Below are positions 28,001 to 44,900 of a stretch of DNA of 64,000 nt, in pieces; the stretch's first letter is position 1; every line of letters starts with the position of its first letter. The notes under the pieces are model-generated. The model was not told the origin of the DNA and ran no database searches. It saw only the letters and a list, made by a program, of their open reading frames with translations. A program made the translations under genes and the position numbers. Source of the DNA: Eledone cirrhosa (taxonomy: Eukaryota); contig OZ024741.1 in NCBI GenBank assembly GCA_964016885.1, positions 409,386,001-409,450,000 of the forward strand, read 5' to 3'.

Positions 28001-31000
28001 AGAGACAGAGATAGACCATGAACAAGAAGGTTAGATAACATCCATACGACTGGTGGAGAGACAGAGATAGACCATGAACAAGAAGGTTAGATAACATCCA
28101 TATGACTGGTGGAGAGACACAGATAGACCATGAACAAGAAGGTTAGATAACATCCATACGACTGGTGGAGAGACAGAGATAGACCATGAACAAGAAGGTT
28201 AGATAACATCCATATGACTGGTGGAGAGATACAGATAGACCATGAACAAGAAGGTTAGATAACATCCATATGACTGGTGGAGAGACACAGATAGACCATG
28301 AACAAGAAGGTTAGATAACATCCATATGGTTGGTGGAGAGACAGAGATAGACCATGAACAAGAAGGTTAGATAACATCCATACGACTGGTGGAGAGACAG
28401 AGATAGACCATGAACAAGAAGGTTAGATAACATCCATATGACTGGTGGAGAGACACAGATAGACCATGAACAAGAAGGTTAGATAACATCCATACGACTG
28501 GTGGAGAGACAGAGATAGACCATGAACAAGAAGGTTAGATAACATCCATATGACTGGTGGAGAGACACAGATAGACCATGAACAAGAAGGTTAGATAACA
28601 TCCATATGACTGGTGGAGAGACACAGATAGCCCATGAACAAGAACGTTAGATAATATCTATATGACTGGTGGAGAGACAGAGATAGACCATGAACAAGAA
28701 GGTTAGATAACATCCATATGACTGGTGGAGAGACACAGATAGACCATGAAAAAGAAGGTTAGATAACATCCATACGACTGGTGGAGAGACAGAGATAGAC
28801 CATGAACAATAAGGTTAGATAACATCCATATGACTGGTGGAGAGACAGAGATAGACCATGAAAAAGAAGGTTAGATAACATCCATATGACTGGTGGAGAG
28901 ACAGAGATAGACCATGAACAAGAAGGTTAGATAACATCCATATGACTGGTGGAGAGCCAGAGATAGACCATGAACAAGAAGGTTAGATAACATCCATATG
29001 GTTGGTGGAGAGACAGAGATAGACCATGAACAAGAAGGTTAGACAACATCCATATGACTGGTGGAGAGACAGAGATAGACCATGAACAAGAAGGTTAGAT
29101 AACATCCATATGGTTGGTGGAGAGACAGAGATAGACCATGAACAAGAAGGTTAGATAACATCCATATGGTTGGTGGAGAGACAGAGATAGACCATGAACA
29201 AGAAGGTTAGACAACATCCATATGGTTGGTGGAGAGACAGAGATAGACCATGAACAAGAAGGTTAGATAACATCCATATTGTTGGTGGAGAGACAGAGAT
29301 AGACCATGAACAAGAAGGTTAGATAACATCCATATGACTGGTGGAGAGACAGAGATAGACCATGAACAAGAAGGTTAGATAACATCCATATGGTTGGTGG
29401 AGAGACAGAGATAGACCATGAACAAGAAGGTTAGATAACATCCATATGGTTGGTGGAGGGACAGAGATAGACCATGAACAAGAAGGTTAGATAACATCCA
29501 TACGACTGGTGGAGAGACAGAGATAGACCATGAACAATAAGGTTAGATAACATCCATATGACTGGTGGAGAGACAGAGATAGACCATGAAAAAGAAGGTT
29601 AGATAACATCCATATGACTGGTGGAGAGACAGAGATAGACCATGAACAAGAAGGTTAGATAACATCCATATGACTGGTGGAGAGCCAGAGATAGACCATG
29701 AACAAGAAGGTTAGATAACATCCATATGGTTGGTGGAGAGACAGAGATAGACCATGAACAAGAAGGTTAGACAACATCCATATGACTGGTGGAGAGACAG
29801 AGATAGACCATGAACAAGAAGGTTAGATAACATCCATATGGTTGGTGGAGAGACAGAGATAGACCATGAACAAGAAGGTTAGACAACATCCATATGGTTG
29901 GTGGAGAGACAGAGATAGACCATGAACAAGAAGGTTAGATAACATCCATATTGTTGGTGGAGAGACAGAGATAGACCATGAACAAGAAGGTTAGATAACA
30001 TCCATATGACTGGTGGAGAGACAGAGATAGACCATGAACAAGAAGGTTAGATAACATCCATATGGTTGGTGGAGAGACAGAGATAGACCATGAACAAGAA
30101 GGTTAGATAACATCCATATGGTTGGTGGAGAGACAGAGATAGACCATGAACAAGAAGGTTAGATAACATCCATATGACTGGTGGAGAGACAGAGATAGAC
30201 CATGAACAAGAAGGTTAGATAACATCCATATGACTGGTGGAGAGACAGAGATAGACCATGAACAAGAAGGTTAGATAACATCCATATGGTTGGTGGAGAG
30301 ACAGAGATAGACCATGAACAAGAAGGTTAGATAACATCCATATGGTTGGTGGAGAGACAGAGATAGACCATGAACAAGAAGGTTAGATAACATCCATATG
30401 GTTGGTGGAGAGACAGAGATAGACCATGAACAAGAAGGTTAGATAACATCCATATGACTGGTGGAGAGACAGAGATAGACCATGAACAAGAAGGTTAGAT
30501 AACATCCATATGGTTGGTGGAGAGACAGAGATAGACCATGAACAAGAAGGTTAGATAACATCCATATGGTTGGTGGAGAGACAGAGATAGACCATGAACA
30601 AGAAGGTTAGATAACATCCATATGGTTGGTGGAGAGACAGAGATAGACCATGAACAAGAAGGTTAGATAACATCCATATTGTTGGTGGAGAGACAGAGAT
30701 AGACCATGAACAAGAAGGTTAGATAACATCCATATGGTTGGTGGAGAGACAGAGATAGACCATGAACAAGAAGGTTAGATAACATCCATATGACTGGTGG
30801 AGAGACAGAGATAGACCATGAACAAGAAGGTTAGATAACATCCATACGACTGGTGGAGAGACAGAGATAGACCATGAACAAGAAGGTTAGATAACATCCA
30901 TATGACTGGTGGAGAGACAGAGATAGACCATGAACAAGAAGGTTAGATAACATCCATACGACTGGTGGAGAGACAGAGATAGACCATGAACAAGAAGGTT

Positions 31001-34000
31001 AGATAACATCCATATGACTGGTGGAGAGACACAGATAGACCATGAACAAGAAGGTTAGATAACATCCATATGACTGGTGGAGAGACACAGATAGACCATG
31101 AACAAGAACGTTAGATAATATCTATATGACTGGTGGAGAGACAGAGATAGACCATGAACAAGAAGGTTAGATAACATCCATATGACTGGTGGAGAGACAC
31201 AGATAGACCATGAAAAAGAAGGTTAGATAACATCCATACGACTGGTGGAGAGACAGAGATAGACCATGAACAATAAGGTTAGATAACATCCATATGACTG
31301 GTGGAGAGACAGAGATAGACCATGAAAAAGAAGGTTAGATAACATCCATACGACTGGTGGAGAGACAGAGATAGACCATGAACAATAAGGTTAGATAACA
31401 TCCATATGACTGGTGGAGAGACAGAGATAGACCATGAAAAAGAAGGTTAGATAACATCCATATGACTGGTGGAGAGACAGAGATAGACCATGAACAAGAA
31501 GGTTAGATAACATCCATATGACTGGTGGAGAGCCAGAGATAGACCATGAACAAGAAGGTTAGATAACATCCATATGGTTGGTGGAGAGACAGAGATAGAC
31601 CATGAACAAGAAGGTTAGACAACATCCATATGACTGGTGGAGAGACAGAGATAGACCATGAACAAGAAGGTTAGATAACATCCATATGGTTGGTGGAGAG
31701 ACAGAGATAGACCATGAACAAGAAGGTTAGATAACATCCATATGGTTGGTGGAGAGACAGAGATAGACCATGAACAAGAAGGTTAGACAACATCCATATG
31801 GTTGGTGGAGAGACAGAGATAGACCATGAACAAGAAGGTTAGATAACATCCATATTGTTGGTGGAGAGACAGAGATAGACCATGAACAAGAAGGTTAGAT
31901 AACATCCATATGACTGGTGGAGAGACAGAGATAGACCATGAACAAGAAGGTTAGATAACATCCATATGGTTGGTGGAGAGACAGAGATAGACCATGAACA
32001 AGAAGGTTAGATAACATCCATATGGTTGGTGGAGAGACAGAGATAGACCATGAACAAGAAGGTTAGATAACATCCATATGACTGGTGGAGAGACAGAGAT
32101 AGACCATGAACAAGAAGGTTAGATAACATCCATATGACTGGTGGAGAGACAGAGATAGACCATGAACAAGAAGGTTAGATAACATCCATATGGTTGGTGG
32201 AGAGACAGAGATAGACCATGAACAAGAAGGTTAGATAACATCCATATGGTTGGTGGAGAGACAGAGATAGACCATGAACAAGAAGGTTAGATAACATCCA
32301 TATGGACTGGTGGAGAGACAGAGATAGACCATGAACAAGAAGGTTAGATAACATCCATATGACTGGTGGAGAGACAGAGATAGACCATGAACAAGAAGGT
32401 TAGATAACATCCATATGGTTGGTGGAGAGACAGAGATAGACCATGAACAAGAAGGTTAGATAACATCCATATGGTTGGTGGAGAGACAGAGATAGACCAT
32501 GAACAAGAAGGTTAGATAACATCCATATGGTTGGTGGAGAGACAGAGATAGACCATGAACAAGAAGGTTAGATAACATCCATATGGTTGGTGGAGAGACA
32601 GAGATAGACCATGAACAAGAAGGTTAGATAACATCCATATGGTTGGTGGAGAGACAGAGATAGACCATGAACAAGAAGGTTAGATAACATCCATATGGTT
32701 GGTGGAGAGACAGAGATAGACCATGAACAAGAAGGTTAGATAACATCCATATGGTTGGTGGAGAGACAGAGATAGACCATGAACAAGAAGGTTAGATAAC
32801 ATCCATATGGTTGGTGGAGAGACAGAGATAGACCATGAACAAGAAGGTTAGATAACATCCATATGGTTGGTGGAGAGACAGAGATAGACCATGAACAAGA
32901 AGGTTAGATAACATCCATATGGTTGGTGGAGAGACAGAGATAGACCATGAACAAGAAGGTTAGATAACATCCATATGACTGGTGGAGAGACAGAGATAGA
33001 CCATGAACAAGAAGGTTAGATAACATCCATATGGTTGGTGGAGAGACAGAGATAGACCATGAACAAGAAGGTTAGATAACATCCATATGGTTGGTGGAGA
33101 GACAGAGATAGACCATGAACAAGAAGGTTAGATAACATCCATATGACTGGTGGAGAGACACAGATAGACCATGAACAAGAAGGTTAGATAACATCCATAC
33201 GACTGGTGGAGAGACAGAGATAGACCATGAACAAGAAGGTTAGATAACATCCATATGACTGGTGGAGAGACACAGATAGACCATGAACAAGAAGGTTAGA
33301 TAATATCCATATGGTTGGTGGAGAGACAGAGATAGACCATGAACAAGAAGGTTAGATAACATCCATACGACTGGTGGAGAGACAGAGATAGACCATGAAC
33401 AAGAAGGTTGGATAACATCCATATGACTGGTGGAGAGACACAGATAGACCATGAACAAGAAGGTTAGATAACATCCATATGACTGGTGGAGAGACAGAGA
33501 TAGACCATGAACAAGAAGGTTAGATAACATCCATATGACTGGTGGAGAGACACAGATAGACCATGAACAAGAAGGTTAGATAATATCCATATGGTTGGTG
33601 GAGAGACAGAGATAGACCATGAACAAGAAGGTTAGATAACATCCATACGACTGGTGGAGAGACAGAGATAGACCATGAACAAGAAGGTTAGATAACATCC
33701 ATATGACTGGTGGAGAGACACAGATAGACCATGAACAAGAAGGTTAGATAACATCCATACGACTGGTGGAGAGACAGAGATAGACCATGAACAAGAAGGT
33801 TAGATAACATCCATATGACTGGTGGAGAGATACAGATAGACCATGAACAAGAAGGTTAGATAACATCCATATGACTGGTGGAGAGACACAGATAGACCAT
33901 GAACAAGAAGGTTAGATAACATCCATATGGTTGGTGGAGAGACAGAGATAGACCATGAACAAGAAGGTTAGATAACATCCATACGACTGGTGGAGAGACA

Positions 34001-37000
34001 GAGATAGACCATGAACAAGAAGGTTAGATAACATCCATATGACTGGTGGAGAGACACAGATAGACCATGAACAAGAAGGTTAGATAACATCCATACGACT
34101 GGTGGAGAGACAGAGATAGACCATGAACAAGAAGGTTAGATAACATCCATATGACTGGTGGAGAGACACAGATAGACCATGAACAAGAAGGTTAGATAAC
34201 ATCCATATGACTGGTGGAGAGACACAGATAGCCCATGAACAAGAACGTTAGATAATATCTATATGACTGGTGGAGAGACAGAGATAGACCATGAACAAGA
34301 AGGTTAGATAACATCCATATGACTGGTGGAGAGACACAGATAGACCATGAAAAAGAAGGTTAGATAACATCCATACGACTGGTGGAGAGACAGAGATAGA
34401 CCATGAACAATAAGGTTAGATAACATCCATATGACTGGTGGAGAGACAGAGATAGACCATGAAAAAGAAGGTTAGATAACATCCATATGACTGGTGGAGA
34501 GACAGAGATAGACCATGAACAAGAAGGTTAGATAACATCCATATGACTGGTGGAGAGCCAGAGATAGACCATGAACAAGAAGGTTAGATAACATCCATAT
34601 GGTTGGTGGAGAGACAGAGATAGACCATGAACAAGAAGGTTAGACAACATCCATATGACTGGTGGAGAGACAGAGATAGACCATGAACAAGAAGGTTAGA
34701 TAACATCCATATGGTTGGTGGAGAGACAGAGATAGACCATGAACAAGAAGGTTAGATAACATCCATATGGTTGGTGGAGAGACAGAGATAGACCATGAAC
34801 AAGAAGGTTAGACAACATCCATATGGTTGGTGGAGAGACAGAGATAGACCATGAACAAGAAGGTTAGATAACATCCATATTGTTGGTGGAGAGACAGAGA
34901 TAGACCATGAACAAGAAGGTTAGATAACATCCATATGACTGGTGGAGAGACAGAGATAGACCATGAACAAGAAGGTTAGATAACATCCATATGGTTGGTG
35001 GAGAGACAGAGATAGACCATGAACAAGAAGGTTAGATAACATCCATATGGTTGGTGGAGGGACAGAGATAGACCATGAACAAGAAGGTTAGACAACATCC
35101 ATATGGTTGGTGGAGAGACAGAGATAGACCATGAACAAGAAGGTTAGATAACATCCATATGGTTGGTGGAGAGACAGAGATAGACCATGAACAAGAAGGT
35201 TAGATAACATCCATATGACTGGTGGAGAGACAGAGATAGACCTTGAACAAGAAGGTTAGATAACATCCATATGACTGGTGGGGAGACAGAGATAGACCAT
35301 GAACAAGAAGGTTAGACAGCATCCATATGGTTGGTGGAGAGACAGAGATAGACCATGAACAAGAAGGTTAGATAACATCCATATGGTTGGTGGAGAGACA
35401 GAGATAGACCATGAACAAGAAGGTTAGATAACATCCATATGGTTGGTGGAGAGACAGAGATAGACCATGAACAAGAAGGTTAGATAACATCCATATGACT
35501 GGTGGAGGGACAGAGATAGACCTTGAACAAGAAGGTTAGATAACATCCATATGGTTGGTGGAGAGACAGAGATAGACCATGAACAAGAAGGTTAGACAAC
35601 ATCCATATGACTGGTGGAGAGACAGAGATAGACCATGAACAAGAAGGTTAGATAACATCCATATGGTTGGTGGAGAGACAGAGATAGACCATGAACAAGA
35701 AGGTTAGATAACATCCATATGGTTGGTGGAGAGACAGAGATAGACCATGAACAAGAAGGTTAGACAACATCCATATGGTTGGTGGAGAGACAGAGATAGA
35801 CCATGAACAAGAAGGTTAGATAACATCCATATTGTTGGTGGAGAGACAGAGATAGACCATGAACAAGAAGGTTAGATAACATCCATATGACTGGTGGAGA
35901 GACAGAGATAGACCATGAACAAGAAGGTTAGATAACATCCATATGACTGGTGGAGAGACACAGATAGACCATGAACAAGAAGGTTAGATAACATCCATAC
36001 GACTGGTGGAGAGACAGAGATAGACCATGAACAAGAAGGTTAGATAACATCCATATGACTGGTGGAGAGACACAGATAGACCATGAACAAGAAGGTTAGA
36101 TAACATCCATATGACTGGTGGAGAGACACAGATAGACCATGAACAAGAACGTTAGATAATATCTATATGACTGGTGGAGAGACAGAGATAGACCATGAAC
36201 AAGAAGGTTAGATAACATCCATATGACTGGTGGAGAGACACAGATAGACCATGAAAAAGAAGGTTAGATAACATCCATACGACTGGTGGAGAGACAGAGA
36301 TAGACCATGAACAATAAGGTTAGATAACATCCATATGACTGGTGGAGAGACAGAGATAGACCATGAAAAAGAAGGTTAGATAACATCCATACGACTGGTG
36401 GAGAGACAGAGATAGACCATGAACAATAAGGTTAGATAACATCCATATGACTGGTGGAGAGACAGAGATAGATCATGAAAAAGAAGGTTAGATAACATCC
36501 ATATGACTGGTGGAGAGACAGAGATAGACCATGAACAAGAAGGTTAGATAACATCCATATGACTGGTGGAGAGCCAGAGATAGACCATGAACAAGAAGGT
36601 TAGATAACATCCATATGGTTGGTGGAGATACAGAGATAGACCATGAACAAGAAGGTTAGACAACATCCATATGACTGGTGGAGAGACAGAGATAGACCAT
36701 GAACAAGAAGGTTAGATAACATCCATATGGTTGGTGGAGAGACAGAGATAGACCATGAACAAGAAGGTTAGATAACATCCATATGGTTGGTGGAGAGACA
36801 GAGATAGACCATGAACAAGAAGGTTAGACAACATCCATATGGTTGGTGGAGAGACAGAGATAGACCATGAACAAGAAGGTTAGATAACATCCATATTGTT
36901 GGTGGAGAGACAGAGATAGACCATGAACAAAAAGGTTAGATAACATCCATATGACTGGTGGAGAGACAGAGATAGACCATGAACAAGAAGGTTAGATAAC

Positions 37001-40000
37001 ATCCATATGGTTGGTGGAGAGACAGAGATAGACCATGAACAAGAAGGTTAGATAACATCCATATGGTTGGTGGAGAGACAGAGATAGACCATGAACAAGA
37101 AGGTTAGATAACATCCATATGACTGGTGGAGAGACAGAGATAGACCATGAACAAGAAGGTTAGATAACATCCATATGACTGGTGGAGAGACAGAGATAGA
37201 CCATGAACAAGAAGGTTAGATAACATCCATATGACTGGTGGAGAGACACAGATAGACCATGAACAAGAAGGTTAGATAACATCCATATGACTGGTGGAGA
37301 GACACAGATAGCCCATGAACAAGAACGTTAGATAATATCTATATGACTGGTGGAGAGACAGAGATAGACCATGAACAAGAAGGTTAGATAACATCCATAT
37401 GACTGGTGGAGAGACACAGATAGACCATGAAAAAGAAGGTTAGATAACATCCATACGACTGGTGGAGAGACAGAGATAGACCATGAACAATAAGGTTAGA
37501 TAACATCCATACGACTGGTGGAGAGACAGAGATAGACCATGAACAATAAGGTTAGATAACATCCATATGACTGGTGGAGAGACAGAGATAGACCATGAAA
37601 AAGAAGGTTAGATAACATCCATATGACTGGTGGAGAGACAGAGATAGACCATGAACAAGAAGGTTAGATAACATCCATATGACTGGTGGAGAGCCAGAGA
37701 TAGACCATGAACAAGAAGGTTAGATAACATCCATATGGTTGGTGGAGAGACAGAGATAGACCATGAACAAGAAGGTTAGACAACATCCATATGACTGGTG
37801 GAGAGACAGAGATAGACCATGAACAAGAAGGTTAGATAACATCCATATGGTTGGTGGAGAGACAGAGATAGACCATGAACAAGAAGGTTAGATAACATCC
37901 ATATGGTTGGTGGAGAGACAGAGATAGACCATGAACAAGAAGGTTAGACAACATCCATATGGTTGGTGGAGAGACAGAGATAGACCATGAACAAGAAGGT
38001 TAGATAACATCCATATTGTTGGTGGAGAGACAGAGATAGACCATGAACAAGAAGGTTAGATAACATCCATATGACTGGTGGAGAGACAGAGATAGACCAT
38101 GAACAAGAAGGTTAGATAACATCCATATGGTTGGTGGAGAGACAGAGATAGACCATGAACAAGAAGGTTAGATAACATCCATACGACTGGTGGAGAGACA
38201 GAGATAGACCATGAACAAGAAGGTTAGATAACATCCATACGACTGGTGGAGAGACAGAGATAGACCATGAACAAGAAGGTTGGATAACATCCATATGACT
38301 GGTGGAGAGACACAGATAGACCATGAACAAGAAGGTTAGATAACATCCATATGACTGGTGGAGAGACAGAGATAGACCATGAACAAGAAGGTTAGATAAC
38401 ATCCATATGACTGGTGGAGAGACACAGATAGACCATGAACAAGAAGGTTAGATAATATCCATATGGTTGGTGGAGAGACAGAGATAGACCATGAACAAGA
38501 AGGTTAGATAACATCCATACGACTGGTGGAGAGACAGAGATAGACCATGAACAAGAAGGTTAGATAACATCCATATGACTGGTGGAGAGACACAGATAGA
38601 CCATGAACAAGAAGGTTAGATAACATCCATACGACTGGTGGAGAGACAGAGATAGACCATGAACAAGAAGGTTAGATAACATCCATATGACTGGTGGAGA
38701 GATACAGATAGACCATGAACAAGAAGGTTAGATAACATCCATATGACTGGTGGAGAGACACAGATAGACCATGAACAAGAAGGTTAGATAACATCCATAT
38801 GGTTGGTGGAGAGACAGAGATAGACCATGAACAAGAAGGTTAGATAACATCCATACGACTGGTGGAGAGACAGATAGACCATGAACAAGAAGGTTAGATA
38901 ACATCCATATGACTGGTGGAGAGACACAGATAGACCATGAACAAGAAGGTTAGATAACATCCATACGACTGGTGGAGAGACAGAGATAGACCATGAACAA
39001 GAAGGTTAGATAACATCCATATGACTGGTGGAGAGACACAGATAGACCATGAACAAGAAGGTTAGATAACATCCATATGACTGGTGGAGAGACACAGATA
39101 GCCCATGAACAAGAACGTTAGATAATATCTATATGACTGGTGGAGAGACAGAGATAGACCATGAACAAGAAGGTTAGATAACATCCATATGACTGGTGGA
39201 GAGACACAGATAGACCATGAAAAAGAAGGTTAGATAACATCCATATGACTGGTGGAGAGACAGAGATAGACCATGAACAAGAAGGTTAGATAACATCCAT
39301 ATGGTTGGTGGAGAGACAGAGATAGACCATGAACAAAAAGGTTAGATAACATCCATATGACTGGTGGAGAGACAGAGATAGACCATGAACAAGAAGGTTA
39401 GATAACATCCATATGGTTGGTGGAGAGACAGAGATAGACCATGAACAAGAAGGTTAGATAACATCCATATGGTTGGTGGAGAGACAGAGATAGACCATGA
39501 ACAAGAAGGTTAGATAACATCCATATGACTGGTGGAGAGACAGAGATAGACCATGAACAAGAAGGTTAGATAACATCCATATGACTGGTGGAGAGACAGA
39601 GATAGACCATGAACAAGAAGGTTAGATAACATCCATATGACTGGTGGAGAGACACAGATAGACCATGAACAAGAAGGTTAGATAACATCCATATGACTGG
39701 TGGAGAGACACAGATAGCCCATGAACAAGAACGTTAGATAATATCTATATGACTGGTGGAGAGACAGAGATAGACCATGAACAAGAAGGTTAGATAACAT
39801 CCATATGACTGGTGGAGAGACACAGATAGACCATGAAAAAGAAGGTTAGATAACATCCATACGACTGGTGGAGAGACAGAGATAGACCATGAACAATAAG
39901 GTTAGATAACATCCATACGACTGGTGGAGAGACAGAGATAGACCATGAACAATAAGGTTAGATAACATCCATATGACTGGTGGAGAGACAGAGATAGACC

Positions 40001-41763
40001 ATGAAAAAGAAGGTTAGATAACATCCATATGACTGGTGGAGAGACAGAGATAGACCATGAACAAGAAGGTTAGATAACATCCATATGACTGGTGGAGAGC
40101 CAGAGATAGACCATGAACAAGAAGGTTAGATAACATCCATATGGTTGGTGGAGAGACAGAGATAGACCATGAACAAGAAGGTTAGACAACATCCATATGA
40201 CTGGTGGAGAGACAGAGATAGACCATGAACAAGAAGGTTAGATAACATCCATATGGTTGGTGGAGAGACAGAGATAGACCATGAACAAGAAGGTTAGATA
40301 ACATCCATATGGTTGGTGGAGAGACAGAGATAGACCATGAACATGAAGGTTAGACAACATCCATATGGTTGGTGGAGAGACAGAGATAGACCATGAACAA
40401 GAAGGTTAGATAACATCCATATTGTTGGTGGAGAGACAGAGATAGACCATGAACAAGAAGGTTAGATAACATCCATATGACTGGTGGAGAGACAGAGATA
40501 GACCATGAACAAGAAGGTTAGATAACATCCATATGGTTGGTGGAGAGACAGAGATAGACCATGAACAAGAAGGTTAGATAACATCCATACGACTGGTGGA
40601 GAGACAGAGATAGACCATGAACAAGAAGGTTAGATAACATCCATACGACTGGTGGAGAGACAGAGATAGACCATGAACAAGAAGGTTGGATAACATCCAT
40701 ATGACTGGTGGAGAGACACAGATAGACCATGAACAAGAAGGTTAGATAACATCCATATGACTGGTGGAGAGACAGAGATAGACCATGAACAAGAAGGTTA
40801 GATAACATCCATATGACTGGTGGAGAGACACAGATAGACCATGAACAAGAAGGTTAGATAATATCCATATGGTTGGTGGAGAGACAGAGATAGACCATGA
40901 ACAAGAAGGTTAGATAACATCCATACGACTGGTGGAGAGACAGAGATAGACCATGAACAAGAAGGTTAGATAACATCCATATGACTGGTGGAGAGACACA
41001 GATAGACCATGAACAAGAAGGTTAGATAACATCCATACGACTGGTGGAGAGACAGAGATAGACCATGAACAAGAAGGTTAGATAACATCCATATGACTGG
41101 TGGAGAGATACAGATAGACCATGAACAAGAAGGTTAGATAACATCCATATGACTGGTGGAGAGACACAGATAGACCATGAACAAGAAGGTTAGATAACAT
41201 CCATATGGTTGGTGGAGAGACAGAGATAGACCATGAACAAGAAGGTTAGATAACATCCATACGACTGGTGGAGAGACAGATAGACCATGAACAAGAAGGT
41301 TAGATAACATCCATATGACTGGTGGAGAGACACAGATAGACCATGAACAAGAAGGTTAGATAACATCCATACGACTGGTGGAGAGACAGAGATAGACCAT
41401 GAACAAGAAGGTTAGATAACATCCATATGACTGGTGGAGAGACACAGATAGACCATGAACAAGAAGGTTAGATAACATCCATATGACTGGTGGAGAGACA
41501 CAGATAGCCCATGAACAAGAACGTTAGATAATATCTATATGACTGGTGGAGAGACAGAGATAGACCATGAACAAGAAGGTTAGATAACATCCATATGACT
41601 GGTGGAGAGACACAGATAGACCATGAAAAAGAAGGTTAGATAACATCCATACGACTGGTGGAGAGACAGAGATAGACCATGAACAATAAGGTTAGATAAC
41701 ATCCATACGACTGGTGGAGAGACAGAGATAGACCATGAACAAGAAGGTTAGATAACATCCATA
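955..41763 (+). repeat. 56-bp satellite array, ~729 copies, truncated on the right by the assembly gap
   Basis: Consensus ggtggagagacagagatagaccatgaacaagaaggttagataacatccatat(ggtt/gact), repeated head-to-tail without interruption. There are two major variants (ggtt vs gact) plus recurrent minor variants. Confidence 0.99.
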
Positions 41764-41963
41764 NNNNNNNNNNNNNNNNNNNNNNNNNNNNNNNNNNNNN
41801 NNNNNNNNNNNNNNNNNNNNNNNNNNNNNNNNNNNNNNNNNNNNNNNNNNNNNNNNNNNNNNNNNNNNNNNNNNNNNNNNNNNNNNNNNNNNNNNNNNNN
41901 NNNNNNNNNNNNNNNNNNNNNNNNNNNNNNNNNNNNNNNNNNNNNNNNNNNNNNNNNNNNNNN
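41764..41963. other. Assembly gap (200 N)
   Basis: Exactly 200 Ns. The round size is typical of a scaffolding placeholder, so true distance and adjacency are unknown. Confidence 0.99.
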
Positions 41964-44900
41964 CTACTACTACTACCAACATCTACTACTTACTACCATC
42001 ATTACTACTACGACTACTACCAACATTACTACTACTACCAACATTACTACTACTACTACCAACATTACTACTACTACTACAACATTACTACTACTACTAC
42101 CAACATTACTACTACTACTACCAACATTACACTACTACCAACATTACTACTACTACCAACATTACTACTACTACCAACATTACTACTACTACCAACATTA
42201 CTACTACTACTACCACATTACTACTACTACTACCAACATTACTACTACTACCAACATTACTACTACTACTACCAACATTACTACTACTACTACCAACATT
42301 ACTACTACTACTACTACCAACATTACTACTACTACCAACATTACTACTACTACTACCAACATTACTACTACTACTACCAACATTACTACTACTACTACTA
42401 CCAACATTACTACTACTACCAACATTACTACTACTACTACCAACATTACTACTACTACCAACATTACTACTACTACTACCAACATTACTACTACTACCAA
42501 CATTACTACTACTACCAACATTACTACTACTACTACCAACATTACTACTACTACCAACATTACTACTACTACTACCAACATTACTACTACTTACTACCAA
42601 CATTACTACTACTACCAACATTACTACTACTACTACCAACATTACTACTACTACTACCAACATTACTACTACTACTACCAACATTACTACTACTACTACC
42701 AACATTACTACTACTACTACCAACATTACTACTACTACTACCAACATTACTACTACTACTACCAACATTACTACTACTACCAACATTACTACTACTACTA
42801 CCAACATTACTACTACTACCAACATTACTACTACTACTACCAACATTACTACTACTACCAACATTACTACTACTACCAACATTACTACTACTACTACCAA
42901 CATTACTACTACTACCAACATTACTACTACTACTACCAACATTACTACTACTACCAACATTACTACTACTACTACCAACATTACTACTACTACCAACATT
43001 ACTACTACTACTACCAACATTACTACTACTACCAACATTACTACTACTACCAACATTACTACTACTACTACCAACATTACTACTACTACCAACATTACTA
43101 CTACTACCAACATTACTACTACTACCAACATTACTACTACTACTACCAACATTACTACTACTACCAACATTACTACTACTACTACCAACATTACTACTAC
43201 TACTACCAACATTACTACTACTACTACCAACATTACTACTACTACCAACATTACTACTACTACTACCAACATTACTACTACTACCAACATTACTACTACT
43301 ACTACCAACATTACTACTACTACCAACATTACTACTACTACCAACATTACTACTACTACCAACATTACTACTACTACCAACATTACTACTACTACCAACA
43401 TTACTACTACTACAACATTACTACTACTACCAACATTACTACTACTACCAACATTACTACTACTACTACCAACATTACTACTACTACCAACATTACTACT
43501 ACTACCAACATTACTACTACTACCAACATTACTACTACTACTACCAACATTACTACTACTACTACAACATTACTACTACTACCAACATTACTACTACTAC
43601 CAACATTACTACTACTACTACCAACATTACTACTACTACCAACATTACTACTACTACCAACATTACTACTACTACTACCAACATTACTACTACTACCAAC
43701 ATTACTACTACTACCAACATTACTACTACTACTACCAACATTACTACTACTACCAACATTACTACTACTACTACCAACATTACTACTACTACTACCAACA
43801 TTACTACTACTACCAACATTACTACTACTACCAACATTACTACTACTACTACCAACATTACTACTACTACCAACATTACTACTACTACCAACATTACTAC
43901 TACTACCAACATTACTACTACTACCAACATTACTACTACTACCAACATTACTACTACTACTACCAACATTACTACTACTACTACCAACATTACTACTACT
44001 ACCAACATTACTACTACTACCAACATTACTACTACTACTACCAACATTACTACTACTACTACAACATTACTACTACTACCAACATTACTACTACTACTAC
44101 CAACATTACTACTACTACCAACATTACTACTACTACCAACATTACTACTACTACCAACATTACTACTACTACCAACATTACTACTACTACCAACATTACT
44201 ACTACTACCAACATTACTACTACTACCAACATTACTACTACTACCAACATTACTACTACTACCAACATTACTACTACTACCAACATTACTACTACTACCA
44301 ACATTACTACTACTACCAACATTACTACTACTACTACCAACATTACTACTACTACCAACATTACTACTACTACTACCAACATTACTACTACTACCAACAT
44401 TACTACTACTACCAACATTACTACTACTACCAACATTACTACTACTACTACCAACATTACTACTACTACCAACATTACTACTACTACCAACATTACTACT
44501 ACTACCAACATTACTACTACTACTACCAACATTACTACTACTACTACCAACATTACTACTACTACTACCAACATTACTACTACTACCAACATTACTACTA
44601 CTACCACATTACTACTACTACCAACATTACTACTACTACCAACATTACTACTACTACCAACATTACTACTACTACCAACATTACTACTACTACCAACATT
44701 ACTACTACTACCAACATTACTACTACTACCAACATTACTACTACTACCAACATTACTACAACTACCAACATTACTACTACTACCAACATTACTACTACTA
44801 CCAACATTACTACTACTACTACCAACATTACTACTACTACCAACATTACTACTACTACTACCAACATTACTACTACTACTACCAACATTACTACTACTAC

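Noticed and set aside
955-41763. CRISPR-like or information-storing array
   Set aside because: There are no unique spacers. Variation is limited to a few substitutions explained by block duplication, the context is eukaryotic, and there are no cas genes.
41764-41963. Direct biological junction between the two satellites
   Set aside because: It is a placeholder gap, so adjacency and distance are unverified.
3402-41982. Recurrent 96-aa minus-strand ORFs (MLSNLLVHGLSLSLHQ...)
   Set aside because: They are translations of the 56-bp unit. They appear only where a point variant (ttag to ttgg/gtag) removes the periodic stop.
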